Origin: Monocercomonoides exilis PA203
Taxonomy: Eukaryota > Protista > Preaxostyla
Direction: 5' to 3'
Assembly (NCBI GenBank): GCA_001643675.2
Contig: LSRY02000010.1
Coordinates: 434,001-498,000 of the forward strand
DNA: 64,000 nt
In this document: positions 1 through 11,760 of the stretch, one piece after another
How the letters are laid out: the number at the start of each line of letters is the position of its first letter
How positions within the stretch are numbered: the first letter of the stretch is position 1
The notes under the pieces: model-generated
What the model saw: the letters and a program-made list of their open reading frames with translations, nothing else
Database searches by the model: none
Told to the model about the DNA's origin: nothing
Translations under genes and position numbers: made by a program

Positions 1-1710
1 CCTTGAAGCAATTTTGTTGCTCATTTGTATTTTCTTACTCCAGAAAAAATGTTTATTTCTTAAAGAAAAAAGAAATGAGAAGAATATTGAAAATGAAAGA
101 ATTTTTTTTGAATTTTCACAGAATCACATAAATGAATGAGTGAGGAAAATTAACAATTGCCTCTCTCTATCATTTTCAAAGTGCAAAATCAAAAAATGTT
201 TGTTTTCTTTTTTATTCACTGATTTTTTTTCTTTTTTTAGCATTTTTTCAGATAAATAAGAAACACCTTATAAATAACTCATCGCTTCGATTATTTGTGT
301 TTCTCAAAGCGTTTTATCCAAATTCGCAAATGTGAAATATTGTTAAATATAATTATGATAAAATACACAAAAAATAAAACTCAAGAAAACAAATATAAAT
401 TGATAATATGAATTAAACTATTCATAATTGGAATAAAAAAAAGCCGAAATATGTTTTTAAATCGCAAATTGATAAATACCATAAATAACGATTGAATTCC
501 TTGTATTTTTTATTTACGCTGCTCATCAGGATTATGTGATCCTGATGATGCTTTTTTATTTTTTTGAAATAAAAGCAAAAGTCTGAAGCAAAAATCTATC
601 GATCAGTAAATTTCTAAATGATATTAAAGATTTATCGGTTTTTGTTTTAAAAAAAAGAGTTGATCAATATTAAAAAATGTTTATTTTCATATTTGGCAGG
701 AAATTATTTTCAAAAAAAAATGTGATCCGGAAAAAAGGTTAATTTGCGAATGATAAAAGCATAAATACAAAAAAAGAAATTAAATACAAACAAAACAAAA
801 TGACAAGAATTACAAAGTGCTCGATTCAAAAGAAAATACATTTACTGCGCGATCAAGGATAAGGAAGAAACGAAATTGCTTGTTTATTGAATATTTCTGT
901 CAATACTGCTAAAAAAATATTTAAAAGCAAACCTTATGCAATCAAAACGGTACGTCAGGCACAAAATTGGAAGGCCGCTTATTCGGCATAGGTGTATTTA
1001 AGGTCCTTTTCCAATTCTTGGTTATTCTTAAAAATATTACAATAAATATAAAGCAGATTTAATAATAAAACATTTGTATGGACTGGAATTTTGAAATTCT
1101 ATTTGATCCTTGAGAAAAATCTATTTTCAAAAATCTCCCATAAATCTGAGTAATTTTTTAAATTTTGATAAAAATAGATAATTTCGAAATAAAAAGTGGA
1201 TAAAAGGTTATTAATTATTATATGCTATTATTATATTAATGATTTTTCAAAAAATAAAACATTGAGAAAAATAAATTAAAAAATGTAAATATTTTGATCA
1301 ATTCCACAATCATGTTTTTAAAACCAAAATATAAAAATTTGCTTTCTTTCGTCAAGAATTGAACCTCCGCTTATGAACATAAGACAAATCAAATATATCA
1401 ATAAAGTTTTAAAGTGTGCGCAGAATGATTATTAATATTTCATTCGATCCTTAATGAATTTTGATTTTGATTTTAAAGATGAATATTCTAGTGCAGATGG
1501 AGGATAATCTTATTGGACGACGGAAAATATAATTAAAATATCATTATTAAATCGTTTGAATGAATTTTTTTAATGATTGACAATATTTAATCATTTATTC
1601 AAATTTTTAAAATTGAATTTCATATATTTTATTTTTTTAAAGATGAATGTTGAAGGTTAAGCATTCGAAAACGCAGCAACAGCACAGATAAAGGAGAAGG
1701 AGATAGCTAT

Positions 1711-4700
1711 TTGGTAACAAATAAAAGAAGAGATTTTAAATTTGCATTTATGTGGATGCAGAACGATTTAAATACAGCTAGTGTGGGGAATTACGTTTTC
1801 ATTGAATGCTTCGACATCACACCTCAGATCAATGAAGGCCAATTTCAGTTTGATCTTTTAGAGAATCATTTTTCTCGAATCAATGCGATTTACGGAATTG
1901 ATGGCTGTAATCACACGAGCGATACTGATCTGATTGGATTTGTGACGATTCTTCAGAGTGGCACGATTGTTGTGAGCAGTGTGAATGAATTTATTGTCAA
2001 GCAATGTGAAACAAATGCTTTTCCATGTAATTCAATTGATTATAGATTAATGCATCTCACATCTGATTTAATGAGTGTTATGATTGTTGTTGATGAAAGC
2101 GTGATTGGTGAAGAGATAAATCTGAAGGAGATGAGTTTGAGCTCGAAGAACAGATACTTGTGTGAAGCTGAAGTGAAATCAAGTATTGAAAGAACAAGTG
2201 ATGCTTTGGTAACAACAACTGGAACAGTTTCATTGTTGAGAGTGGGTTTTGTGTTTGATTCGAATTTCATCTCTTCACATGAATCATTGATATCACCAGA
2301 AGGAGGGATTCTTGAAATAATGAATTGCTCATTCACAACAAAACAATTGACAAAAGGCAATAGCGCTGAATTTGCAAAAATTCCAATTCACATCATTAAT
2401 ATGGAAAAAGGAGAATTGCAACTTGATGGATGCTCTATATCAAATCTCATTCTTCATAAATCTGCATTGTATCTTTCATCTCCACTTCCATCCGTGATTT
2501 ATTTGTTTGAGATCAGCAATTCAACAGTTTCTCATTCGCTTGTTGAAACTTTTGAATGTGGAAATTTGAATATCGACAGATTGCGTGCTGAAAATATCAC
2601 CATTGAAGGAAATAATGAAGCATTGATATCTTGCTTGTCAATGAAAAAGACGATACAGTTGATAAATTGCACAATGTGTGGAGTCAACTCAAAGACCACA
2701 AAAGGGAAATTGATGAAATTGGAGAATTGCACAGATGTGAAAATGGACAGTTGCATTTTTGATGGGAGTTCTAAGGAAAGAAATGAGCAGTATTTGAACG
2801 AGGGAGAAGAAGTGATGTGCAGATGGGAAGGCTCTCTTGTGAATGTTGTGAAAAGTTCTGTTTTGATGAAAGATTCAACAATGGCAAATTCACCAGAGGG
2901 TGGAATAACGATGAGTGGGGGAAATGTGAATATTGAGAAAGGAGAGTTCATTGACAATAATCCATCGATTGAAGGATATCCATCATTGAGAAGGAATATC
3001 ATCTGTTCAGATTCTGGAACATTGAATGTGATGAGTTTGAAAGGAGGAGATGGATTGGAAAGAAATACATCACTTTGGATGTTGAATGATGGGTGCAGTT
3101 TTGAAGGGATTGTTTCAGAGAGAGATTCATCATTCTTCATTCCTGTATTAGAGAGTGTGGAAGCAAAAGAAGAGGCGAACAGAATGAAGCTGACATTCAA
3201 AGGGATGCTTCTTGTTCCATGCAATCTGTCATTCTCAGTTTTGAAGAGAAAAGGAGAAGAGAAAGAGATTGAACAACATGATTTTGATTCAAATGGGTTT
3301 TTGTCGGAAAAAGAAGTTGAAGGAAGTGTGGCAAAAGATCTGATCAGCAGTTGTGGAGATAAAACAGAAGTGAGTGTGCATGTTTTGTTTGGGAGATCAG
3401 AATCTCCTTCTTCAACAAATTCAATCATTCTGAAGAACAAAAGTGAAATTGAACAAAAAGGGGATGAAAGAATTGCTGAAGGAGGAAAAGAAGGGAAATC
3501 GTTATGGATGTGGATTGTGATAGTTATATTTGTTGTTTTGTTCTTAATAGTTCTTGTTGTGTCTATTATCCTTGCTGTTCGATGGAAGAAGCAAAAGAAA
3601 CGAACAGAAGAATTGGAGATAATTGTGGAAGACAACATCAGAAAAGATCCGAAGCTGATTGAGATGGTGACGATGGAGATGTCACAGGAAGAGCAACGGA
3701 GGAGAGCGGAGAGGGAAGCAGAGAAGAAAAATGAAGAGAGGATAAAGAAGAGGGTATATGAGACGAATATGGTGCATTCGGAGTCTAAAGAGTATTTGCT
3801 ATCTGAGAGTGGCTCGACAGAATACATTTTGGGAAGAGATTCAGACAAGATTCCCGATTGGGCACTGGAAAAGGAGGAGGAGGAAGAGACAAGAAAAAGA
3901 ACACCATCTCCATCCATTTCATCCACTTCAACAACAGACACTTCAGACACAGACACAACATTTGTTCGAACGGAGAGTCTGTGCCCCACCACCTCATCGA
4001 TGTCGAATCTGGTGGATGCAATGGCATGCTCGTCCCCACATGAGAAATTGATTGTAGACCTGCGAGATTCGCTGTTCATGCTGCTTCATGGGAGGAACGC
4101 GAAGAAAGAGATGGCGATTGGCACTCTTCAGGAGAGAGAAGTGACCGCTGCCCAAATCCTGTTCTGGGTGGCGAATGGCGCACTTCACTCATTTGATGAA
4201 ATGGAAAACCCTCTTCAGTCACTTGTCAATCTGAGTCCTCACATTGTATTGTTCTCCGAACACATGGTGATCTGCATTGCGATGCACTCCGACTGTTCTT
4301 CTGATGATTCCGATTCATCGTCCATCTCTTCATCAACTATTGTCACATCTGCCAGTGATGATGATGATAGAGACTCTCTTCCTTCATCAGCGTTTGAGGA
4401 CGACGAAGACAACAGAAATGAGTGTTTGCGATGGAAGGCACCAGAGCTGCTGATCAATATGAAGATGGGAGCAACAAAGGCTTCTGTTTCGTTTTCCATT
4501 GGGATGATGTTGTGGGAATGTTTGACGCTTGATATTCCATTTTCTGATTATGAGGTAGTAATTGCAGGATAGAAGATAATAAATGGGGAGAGGCCGTGCC
4601 TGTCAGAAGTGAGCGAGAGCAGTTTTTGCGAACTTGTGAAAGGGTGTTTCTGGCAGGAGGCAAACGAGAGAATTGGGCTGGAGAGTGTGAAGCGGGAGTG

Positions 4701-4863
4701 TGTGGGGCACTTTCCGAAAGAGAAGCTGGTCATGACGATATCTGATGGGATTTATATCCAGAACGGGAGGATTGTCAGAAGAAGCTATATTGAGAGCGGA
4801 GATGAGGAATCAGGAGAGAGAGAAACAATCAAAATCGTTTTGCCAGGAAAAATTGTTGAATGA
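1711..4863 (+). pseudogene. 5'-truncated, probably decayed paralog of the giant surface receptor-like pseudokinase family (ectodomain remnant, TM helix, kinase-like C-lobe); in-frame TAG at 4570-4572
   Basis: ORF 1711-4572 starts at TTG with no signal peptide and aligns with the C-terminal ~600 aa of 21074-30241 (constant 25390 bp offset over most of the match). The reading frame continues past the TAG (KIINGERPCLSEV...CFWQEANERIGLESVKRE) to TGA at 4863, matching the paralog's kinase subdomains X-XI. Confidence 0.75.
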
Positions 4864-5948
4864 ATGTGAAACGATAAATATTTTTTGTGATTCATCTTTT
4901 TTTTCTTGTATTATTCAATTCATGTGTGTATTTATGTTTATGTTTATGCTTCTTTCAATATTTATTTATCCATTATGATATGTAGTTTATGTTTTCTGTA
5001 TGCATGTTATGTTTGTTATGTATTGTATGTGTTTTTCTGTTCAATAGAAATGTTTCATTTCACACAAAAGCAAAGAATCCATTTCACAATTAAATTATTT
5101 TTTGTTGAATTCCATTTTTTGTTCATTTTTGTGTATTTTATCATTGGCTCACTTTTTTTGTCTCAATTTTGCTCTCTTTTAACGTGTTTTGTCGAGTAGA
5201 TAAAAATATTTTGTTATATAATATGTGAGATTAATTCAATTCACTTTCATTCAAATCGATAATTTTTGAAAAGACGAAGGGAGGCAAATGCAACAAGTGT
5301 TAATTTCACCAAATAATGAATATAATTCAATATTTCTTCATTTTTTCATTCAGTCCGAATGTGAATATTTGAGAACAACAAACAGTTGAAAGAGCATAAT
5401 TCTTTTTCAAAATTCGTGAAATGAACTTCAAATAATCTATATCCTTATTTTTCGATAAATTTCAATTTGTCATTCAAAATAAAACTTAATTCTCTTTAAT
5501 CAATCTGAAGTTTTTGTTTTTTCAATTTGAAAGTCCATCATTCAGGATATGTCTAATTAATAAGTGACAAAAACAAATAAAGTGTATTTTATTTAAAAAT
5601 CATCATAAATAAATGATTAAAGTCACATGAAGAAGAGAAAATAATAAATCTCCACAACTGACAAAATCAAATCAATCGCATCTTTTTGATTTCATGCCAG
5701 TTCTTTCATTTTTAGCACTCCACATAGAAGCTCCTCCTTCATTTTTATATCTCTTTTCTTTTGTTCCTGTAACATCTATTTGTGTACTTGTCTAACACAG
5801 AATCAATTCTTTTTTTTTTTTTTAAACTCAATAAATCTCCTGAAGATCTGTCAAATCAATTTTATAGTACGATCGAAGCATATCGGCTGCGGGAAATTGC
5901 ACGAAAGTTTGAAAAAAAAATTTCAAAGAATGAAAAAAAAAAAAAATA

Positions 5949-6307
5949 GTGTGTCACAAATCCGGGACATTTCACAAATCCGGGAAAGTGCATAAATTTC
6001 AGCTTTTATAAAACTTTTCACTCATTCATTTATTTGAAATTAAATAAAGGAACCATTTGAAGTTATAAGAATTGCTTTTTAAATATTATTGTGTTCGCAA
6101 AAACCCTTTTTCTTCATATTTTATCTCAAACACGAGATTTGAAGAAAAAGGGTTTTTGCGAACACAATAATATTTAAAAAGCAATTCTTATAACTTCAAA
6201 TGGTTCCTTTATTTAATTTCAAATAAATGAATGAGTGAAAAGTTTTATAAAAGCTGAAATTTATGCACTTTCCCGGATTTGTGAAATGTCCCGGATTTGT
6301 GACACAC
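5949..6307. mobile_element. Hairpin MITE family A (Tc1/mariner-like, non-autonomous), 359 bp
   Basis: 168-bp inverted arms, apparently perfect by eye (5949-6116 and 6140-6307), around a 23-bp spacer. Flanked by TA on both sides (5947-48, 6308-09). Each terminus carries a doubled TCACAAATCCGGGA motif. Confidence 0.9.
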
Positions 6308-6573
6308 TAAATATAAATTTTTATAATATTATGAAACAATAAACTTTCAGATATGATAACACAATCAAAGTTACATCACTTTGATTTCCATTAAAACACA
6401 TCACTTCATATTATAAATTTATAAATTTTGGTAATTGTTCTTGTGAATAAAAACAAAAAAATTCCTCAAGAAAAAACAAGTAGTTCTGGGAAGATCATAC
6501 AAAAAAGTGAAATTTTAAATACAAAATTCACGTTTTATAACTTCTAAATTAATTGAGATAGAATATTTACTAT

Positions 6574-8059
6574 ATGTCTAGCTCAGGATTATCACCAGAG
6601 TATCTATCCGATATCCCAACAACGTTTGATGTTGACAAAATGATTGAACAGTTGCTTTCGGTCAGAGGTCAACGTCCTGGAAAACAAGTCGATCTCCCTG
6701 AGGCTGATATTAAAGGTTTGTATACATTATATTTTTATATTTAGTATATTTTGGTTTTATGAATTTTCTTTCTTTTCAAAAATGAAGCACTCATATTTCA
6801 TGTAAGAAAAATTTTTCTTGCTCAAGATGTTCTCTTAGAGCTTGGAGTTCCAGTAAAAATTTGTGGAGATATTCATGGACAATATACAGATTTGCTTCGT
6901 TTGTTCGATCACGGAGGTTATCCACCAGAGTCGAATTATTTGTTTCTTGGAGGTATAGAAAATTGCATATATTCGAAATTGACTTTCTATGTTTTGTATA
7001 CAAATTTATTTAATAAATAGATTTTGTAGACCGAGGAAAGCAGTCTCTTGAAGTTATATGTTTATTGTTTGCATACAAAGTGAAATACCCAGAACACATT
7101 TTTCTGCTTCGAGGAAATCATGAATGTGCTAGCATTAATAGACTTTATGGATTCTATGATGAATGTACCTTTTTATTATTTAATTAATAATCTTTGAAAT
7201 ATTTGTCTGAACAAATATTTTTCAATCTGTATTAATAGGTAAGCGACGCTACAATACAAGATTGTGGAAATTGTTTACAGACTGCTTTAATTGTCTGCCG
7301 TTATGTGCTGTTTGAGTTAAAAATAGCTTTATTATTTTAAGTTTTTTCACTTTCCCCCACATTTTTGGTTATAATCCAAAAAAACAAAAAAAAATTTTTT
7401 TTTTATTTTCAAATTCATACATGTAAGATCATCGAAGACAAAATATTTTGCACCCATGGAGGGTTGTCCCCTGAGCTCCACTCTTTGGACCAGATTAGAT
7501 GTCTTGTCAGGCCAACGGATGTGCCTGACCAAGGATTGCTTTGCGATTTGCTGTGGAGCGATCCAGACGGAGAAGTGGTTGGGTGGGGTGAGAACGATCG
7601 CGGCGTATCTTTCACTTTCGGAATGAATGTTGTGACACAGTTTTTGGCACGGAATGACTTCGATGTCCTTATCCGTGCACATCAAGTTGTATCAGATGGA
7701 TATGAGTTTCTTGGAAAAAAACAGGTTTGATTGAAAGATAATTCTCGCTGAAAAACAAATCCGAAGGATTTTTTCTTTTCTTTTCAGTATTCATTTTATT
7801 TGTAATTTTGGTAATTCTGCTTAACACTAACGTTTTCGCAATGTTTTGATGCTTAAATAATTATTCTAATTATTTCTGTTCAAAATTTCAGGTTGTTACA
7901 TTGTTTTCAGCCCCAAACTATTGTGGTGAATTTGATAACTGCGGAGCCATGATGAGTGTGGACGAGTCACTCACTTGCACTTTCACTGTGCTTAGGCCGA
8001 TGGACATCAAGCGCTGGTCTGCTTCTGGCGGATCATCAACTGCAACACCTGGCAAATAG
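6574..8059 (+). CDS. PP1: Serine/threonine protein phosphatase PP1 catalytic subunit (6 exons)
   Basis: Spliced translation gives GDIHGQ, GDFVDRG, LRGNHE, HGGLSP, DLLWSDP, RAHQVV and [23 protein letters not shown] and [11 protein letters not shown] are PP1-type. Five GT-AG introns keep the frame. Confidence 0.95.
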
Positions 8060-8481
8060 CCTCACTTCGCATCCAATTCATTTATTTTTTCTTATATTTA
8101 TTGATTTGTTTCATTTAACAGAATTTTAAGTGTCTTTTTTTTCGTTTCGCGGGTTGACGCTTAATGGTTTAAAGCTTTTTATTTTTGAGTCTTGAAGCTT
8201 TTGCTTTTCTCTTGTAAACTACTTTCCTTGAAAAGCAAATGGACTTCACAACAACAAAAAAGAGCAATGTTACAAGCTATCAAACTATGATGACTCGCTT
8301 TTGATGTGAGAATGAAAAATGCTCATATAAAAAAGAAAACTCCGAAAAGACAAATTTAAACAAAGATAGCAAAACAACACAAAATGTATAATAATAACAT
8401 ATTAAATACTACTTTTAAAAAAAAAGAAGAGGAAGAGGAAGAAATTGCTTCAAAGCAGAATGGCACTTGAATTCAAACATT

Positions 8482-11222
8482 TCACAGCTCATCCAACGAC
8501 TTGACTTCTCTAACCTCTGTGATAAGGTCCCTGCTTTCCTTCTCACCCAAATTCGGGTTATGAAATGCAATCAGTGGTCCAGAAGAGCAAGCAGCAGGCA
8601 TTCCTTGCTTGGCAGCACCAGCCGACAACGCTGAAGCAGATGAAGCTGAAGACGGCGAGCACGACGACAAAGGCGCAGAAGAGACCGACTCTTCATCGCA
8701 AAACGGGTCGTCGTCGTCTGCAAGCAGCCCGCTTGTGGCCGAAAGGAGCGAGTTGAGTGTCAGCGAGAGGAAGCACGACGCTGACTGGCCGCACGGCCCG
8801 TCGTCTTCGGGGATGTGTGCGGAGGGCGGCTGGAACGGAAGCAGGATGTCTCCTTTTGATGGGCATTCGGCAAGAGAAGAGCCAGGCGAGCAGGATCGGA
8901 TGCGGGTGAAGCAATTCACGCTCGACGAGGGAGACAAAGAAGCAACGCGGACAGACGAGGTTGTTGCCACAGAGGAAGATTGCGAGCTTTCTTCCTCTTC
9001 TTCTTCCTCTTCTTCTTTGTCGTCTGCCTCGCCTTCTTCTTCGTCTTCCTCCTCTTCCTCCTCCTCTTCTTCTTCTTCTTCCTCTTCATGCTTGTCTTCG
9101 ATTTCATTTCTTTTTCTCAATCTCTCAGCATCAGATGCTTCCTCCCCTTTTCTGTTTTGTCTTTTTCTTTTCGCTGGCTCATCTTCCATTTCTTTTTTCT
9201 CTGATGTTTTGTGCTTCTCCGTTTTCAGCTTTCGTCCTCTCCTCAGCTGCTCCACAAGCTGCTTCAGCTCTTTCTTGACATCGTCTGGAATCTTCTGCTG
9301 CTTCTTTTTGCTTGCTGATTTTTTCTTTTTATTTCTCGATTTCAAACCGTCTCCTCTTTCAGAAATACTCTCGTCCGCTTTTTCTTCCTCGTCTTCCTCG
9401 TTTTCTGACTCACCATTATCAGCTTCTTTCTTATTTGTGCTCATGTTTCTCTTTTTCCCTTTGAGCGTTTTCATTCCTGCTTCTTTTCTGGAGTCGCAAG
9501 AAGAAAGGGAGCCAGATTTAACTTTAGTTTCTCCTACAACATCCACAATCACAACACCGTCTTCTTCTTCGCTTACGATCTTTTCATCTTCTTCTTCGTC
9601 ATCTTCTGCTTCGGGATGCGATCTTCTTTGCTTTTCAATCAACACTTTTGATTTAGCTTGCTTTTGCTTTGGTGGATCCAAATCCGTCGACAGCGAAGCT
9701 GATGAAACGACATCGAGAAACGGGAAAACCGGCTGAGAAGTGTTTGCAGTTGGAAGCGCAGGAGACAGCTTTCGCGGAGGAGTATGAGAAGGCGTGGAGC
9801 TTGCAGTAGAAGGCTGTGAAGCTGATGCAGAAGATGCTGTTGCTGATGTCGATGCAGACGAAGAAGAGCAACTTGGCAGCGTGTCTGACGGTGTGCGCCT
9901 GAATGGCGAAGAAAGCAGTGTGATGCTCCCAGACTGCGACGCATGAGACGGAGAGCATGGAATAAGTGTGTGTTGCTGCTTTGTTGGAGTTGACGACTCT
10001 TGTTTGCCAGCAGCAGCAGAAGAAGAAGAAGAAGCAGAAGATGCTGAAGACGATGCTGATGTGTCGCGCTTGATGGAGTTTTGTGATGAATCTGCTTGAG
10101 GATTTGTAAATTCTGCTGGCAATGTGAGAGTGTACATCTCTTCGTCTGTATCAAGCATTTCATTACTGCTAATCTCTCTAAAAAAGCGCAAAGAAGACTC
10201 TGTTCCTTCCATTTCTAAAAAGAATGGGGGAAAAATGGTTTTTAAATTAATTTAATTGAGAGAATATGATGGGAAATTAGAGCAGTAACCTTTGATGACT
10301 CTTGCTATTCTTAGTGAAATAGTCGGATGACGATGACAATCTAAAATTAGCTTTGCACCTTTTCGAATAAAAGTCTGAAAATATGCATTGAAAACCCTTA
10401 AGCCATGTGAAATAAATATACTGACAAACCATCATGGCTTTTTGTCTTTTGCTTGATGCTGCATAATAAAGAGGCGTGCATCCAAAGGAATCTAACTTGT
10501 CGATTTCACTATTTCTTAACTGAAGAACAAGTTCAAGACAATCAATTGATGGACTAGTTGAAGCCCAATGAATAATTCCTCTGCCATAATGATCTATCAT
10601 ATCAGTACGGCATTTGTGCTTTATAAGCTGATTGTTCAAAAATGTCATATTTATTGTTTGTTCAAAAAAAATTAACTTGAAAATGGCTTTTTAAAAATGC
10701 ACACAAGTTTTGCTGCATCGATATTTCCACATTTCAGTGCAATAAACAATGGGGTAATTCCATCTGAAGTTTGTGCATCCAAGTCAACGTCTTCAGACAA
10801 AATAAACTGCAATGTTGGAATATGTCCTTTGCATGCAGCCAAATGAAGTGGGGTTATGCCAATCTATTAAATAATATGAGGTATTAAAAATGAAAAAAAA
10901 AATGATATTTGATTTTAGTTTTCTAATGTTTCAAACTTTTGATTTTAATGACAAAGATTGCCCTGCTGCAACAATTGCCATCAAAGTGTCGACATCGTTT
11001 GCAAATGTTGCCAGATGAGATATGTAAACTATGTCATGATAATATTTAAAAAATACATTTAGTATGTCTCCTATAACAATTTTCAAAAACAAGAAATAAA
11101 CATTTATTGGGATAATGAACTCGAAGTAAGTCTTTGCATTGTTCTATCAAAGATATTGCCTTTTCTGGATTTGTTCCAAGGCATTTTCGAAATTGTGAAA
11201 ACAGTTGGTTTAAATTTTCCAT
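8482..11222 (-). CDS. Ankyrin-repeat protein with long acidic/basic/Ser-rich C-terminus (6 exons)
   Basis: Exons encode GITPLHLAACKGH, GITPLFIALKCGN, GRGIIHWAST and GCTPLYYAASS ankyrin motifs. They splice in frame to the 576-aa ORF 8482-10212. Confidence 0.85.
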
Positions 11223-11760
11223 TCGAAAAAATAATGGGAATTCGATAATCAAGTCAATTAAAATTCGCTTATTTAAGGACTTTGCAGGAATATTTTGTGC
11301 TTCTTATAAAACGAATTAAATAGCATTGCAATTTGCATATGAAAACAACAGTTATTTAATTGATTGACATTGGTCATGCTTTGAATGCGTAATCGAGGAA
11401 AAACTAAAACATATCGTGTTAATTGGAAATTTTCGTTTAAAAATATGAGAAAAAAGAAAGCTTTCAATTTATTGATGAACAACGCATGTAGTTCTCTCTC
11501 GTTTATGTGTTTATTTTTGCTGAAAGCTTTTTTTTTTTGTTAGTTTAGATGATGTTTTATAAAGCAAGGAATATGTTGCGTTTGTAATTGCACCTTTAAT
11601 ATTCAATAAAAAATAAGAAATTGTTGTTTATTTGGAAAATTCTTTCTTTCTTTCTTTCCACGCATGAAAAAAATCAAATCTCAAATCTTTCATGCAAAAT
11701 AAATCATAAAAAGTAATAAAAGCAAATAAATACAAAACATTAGTTTATGTTTTTTTGTAA

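Noticed and set aside
523-548. 10-bp stem hairpin TCATCAGGAT-N6-ATCCTGATGA
   Set aside because: Isolated and short, with no second copy seen and no context. Could be chance or a tiny relic.
2532-4079. Long antisense ORFs (also 8609-9736, 28669-29391, 33312-34232, 49886-50578 and many others)
   Set aside because: They are shadows of GAA/GAT/TCT-rich coding strands and translate to low-complexity Ser/Phe strings without motifs.
4570-4572. TAR-to-Gln genetic code reassignment, as in some oxymonads and diplomonads
   Set aside because: PP1 ends in TAG, and CCT3, LCMT1 and the TPR gene end in TAA at the expected positions. Multi-kb ORFs have no internal TAR.
11029-11100. In-frame TGA (possible selenocysteine) in the ankyrin gene
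   Set aside because: It arises only with the upstream AG. The downstream CATAG acceptor gives an open frame without recoding.
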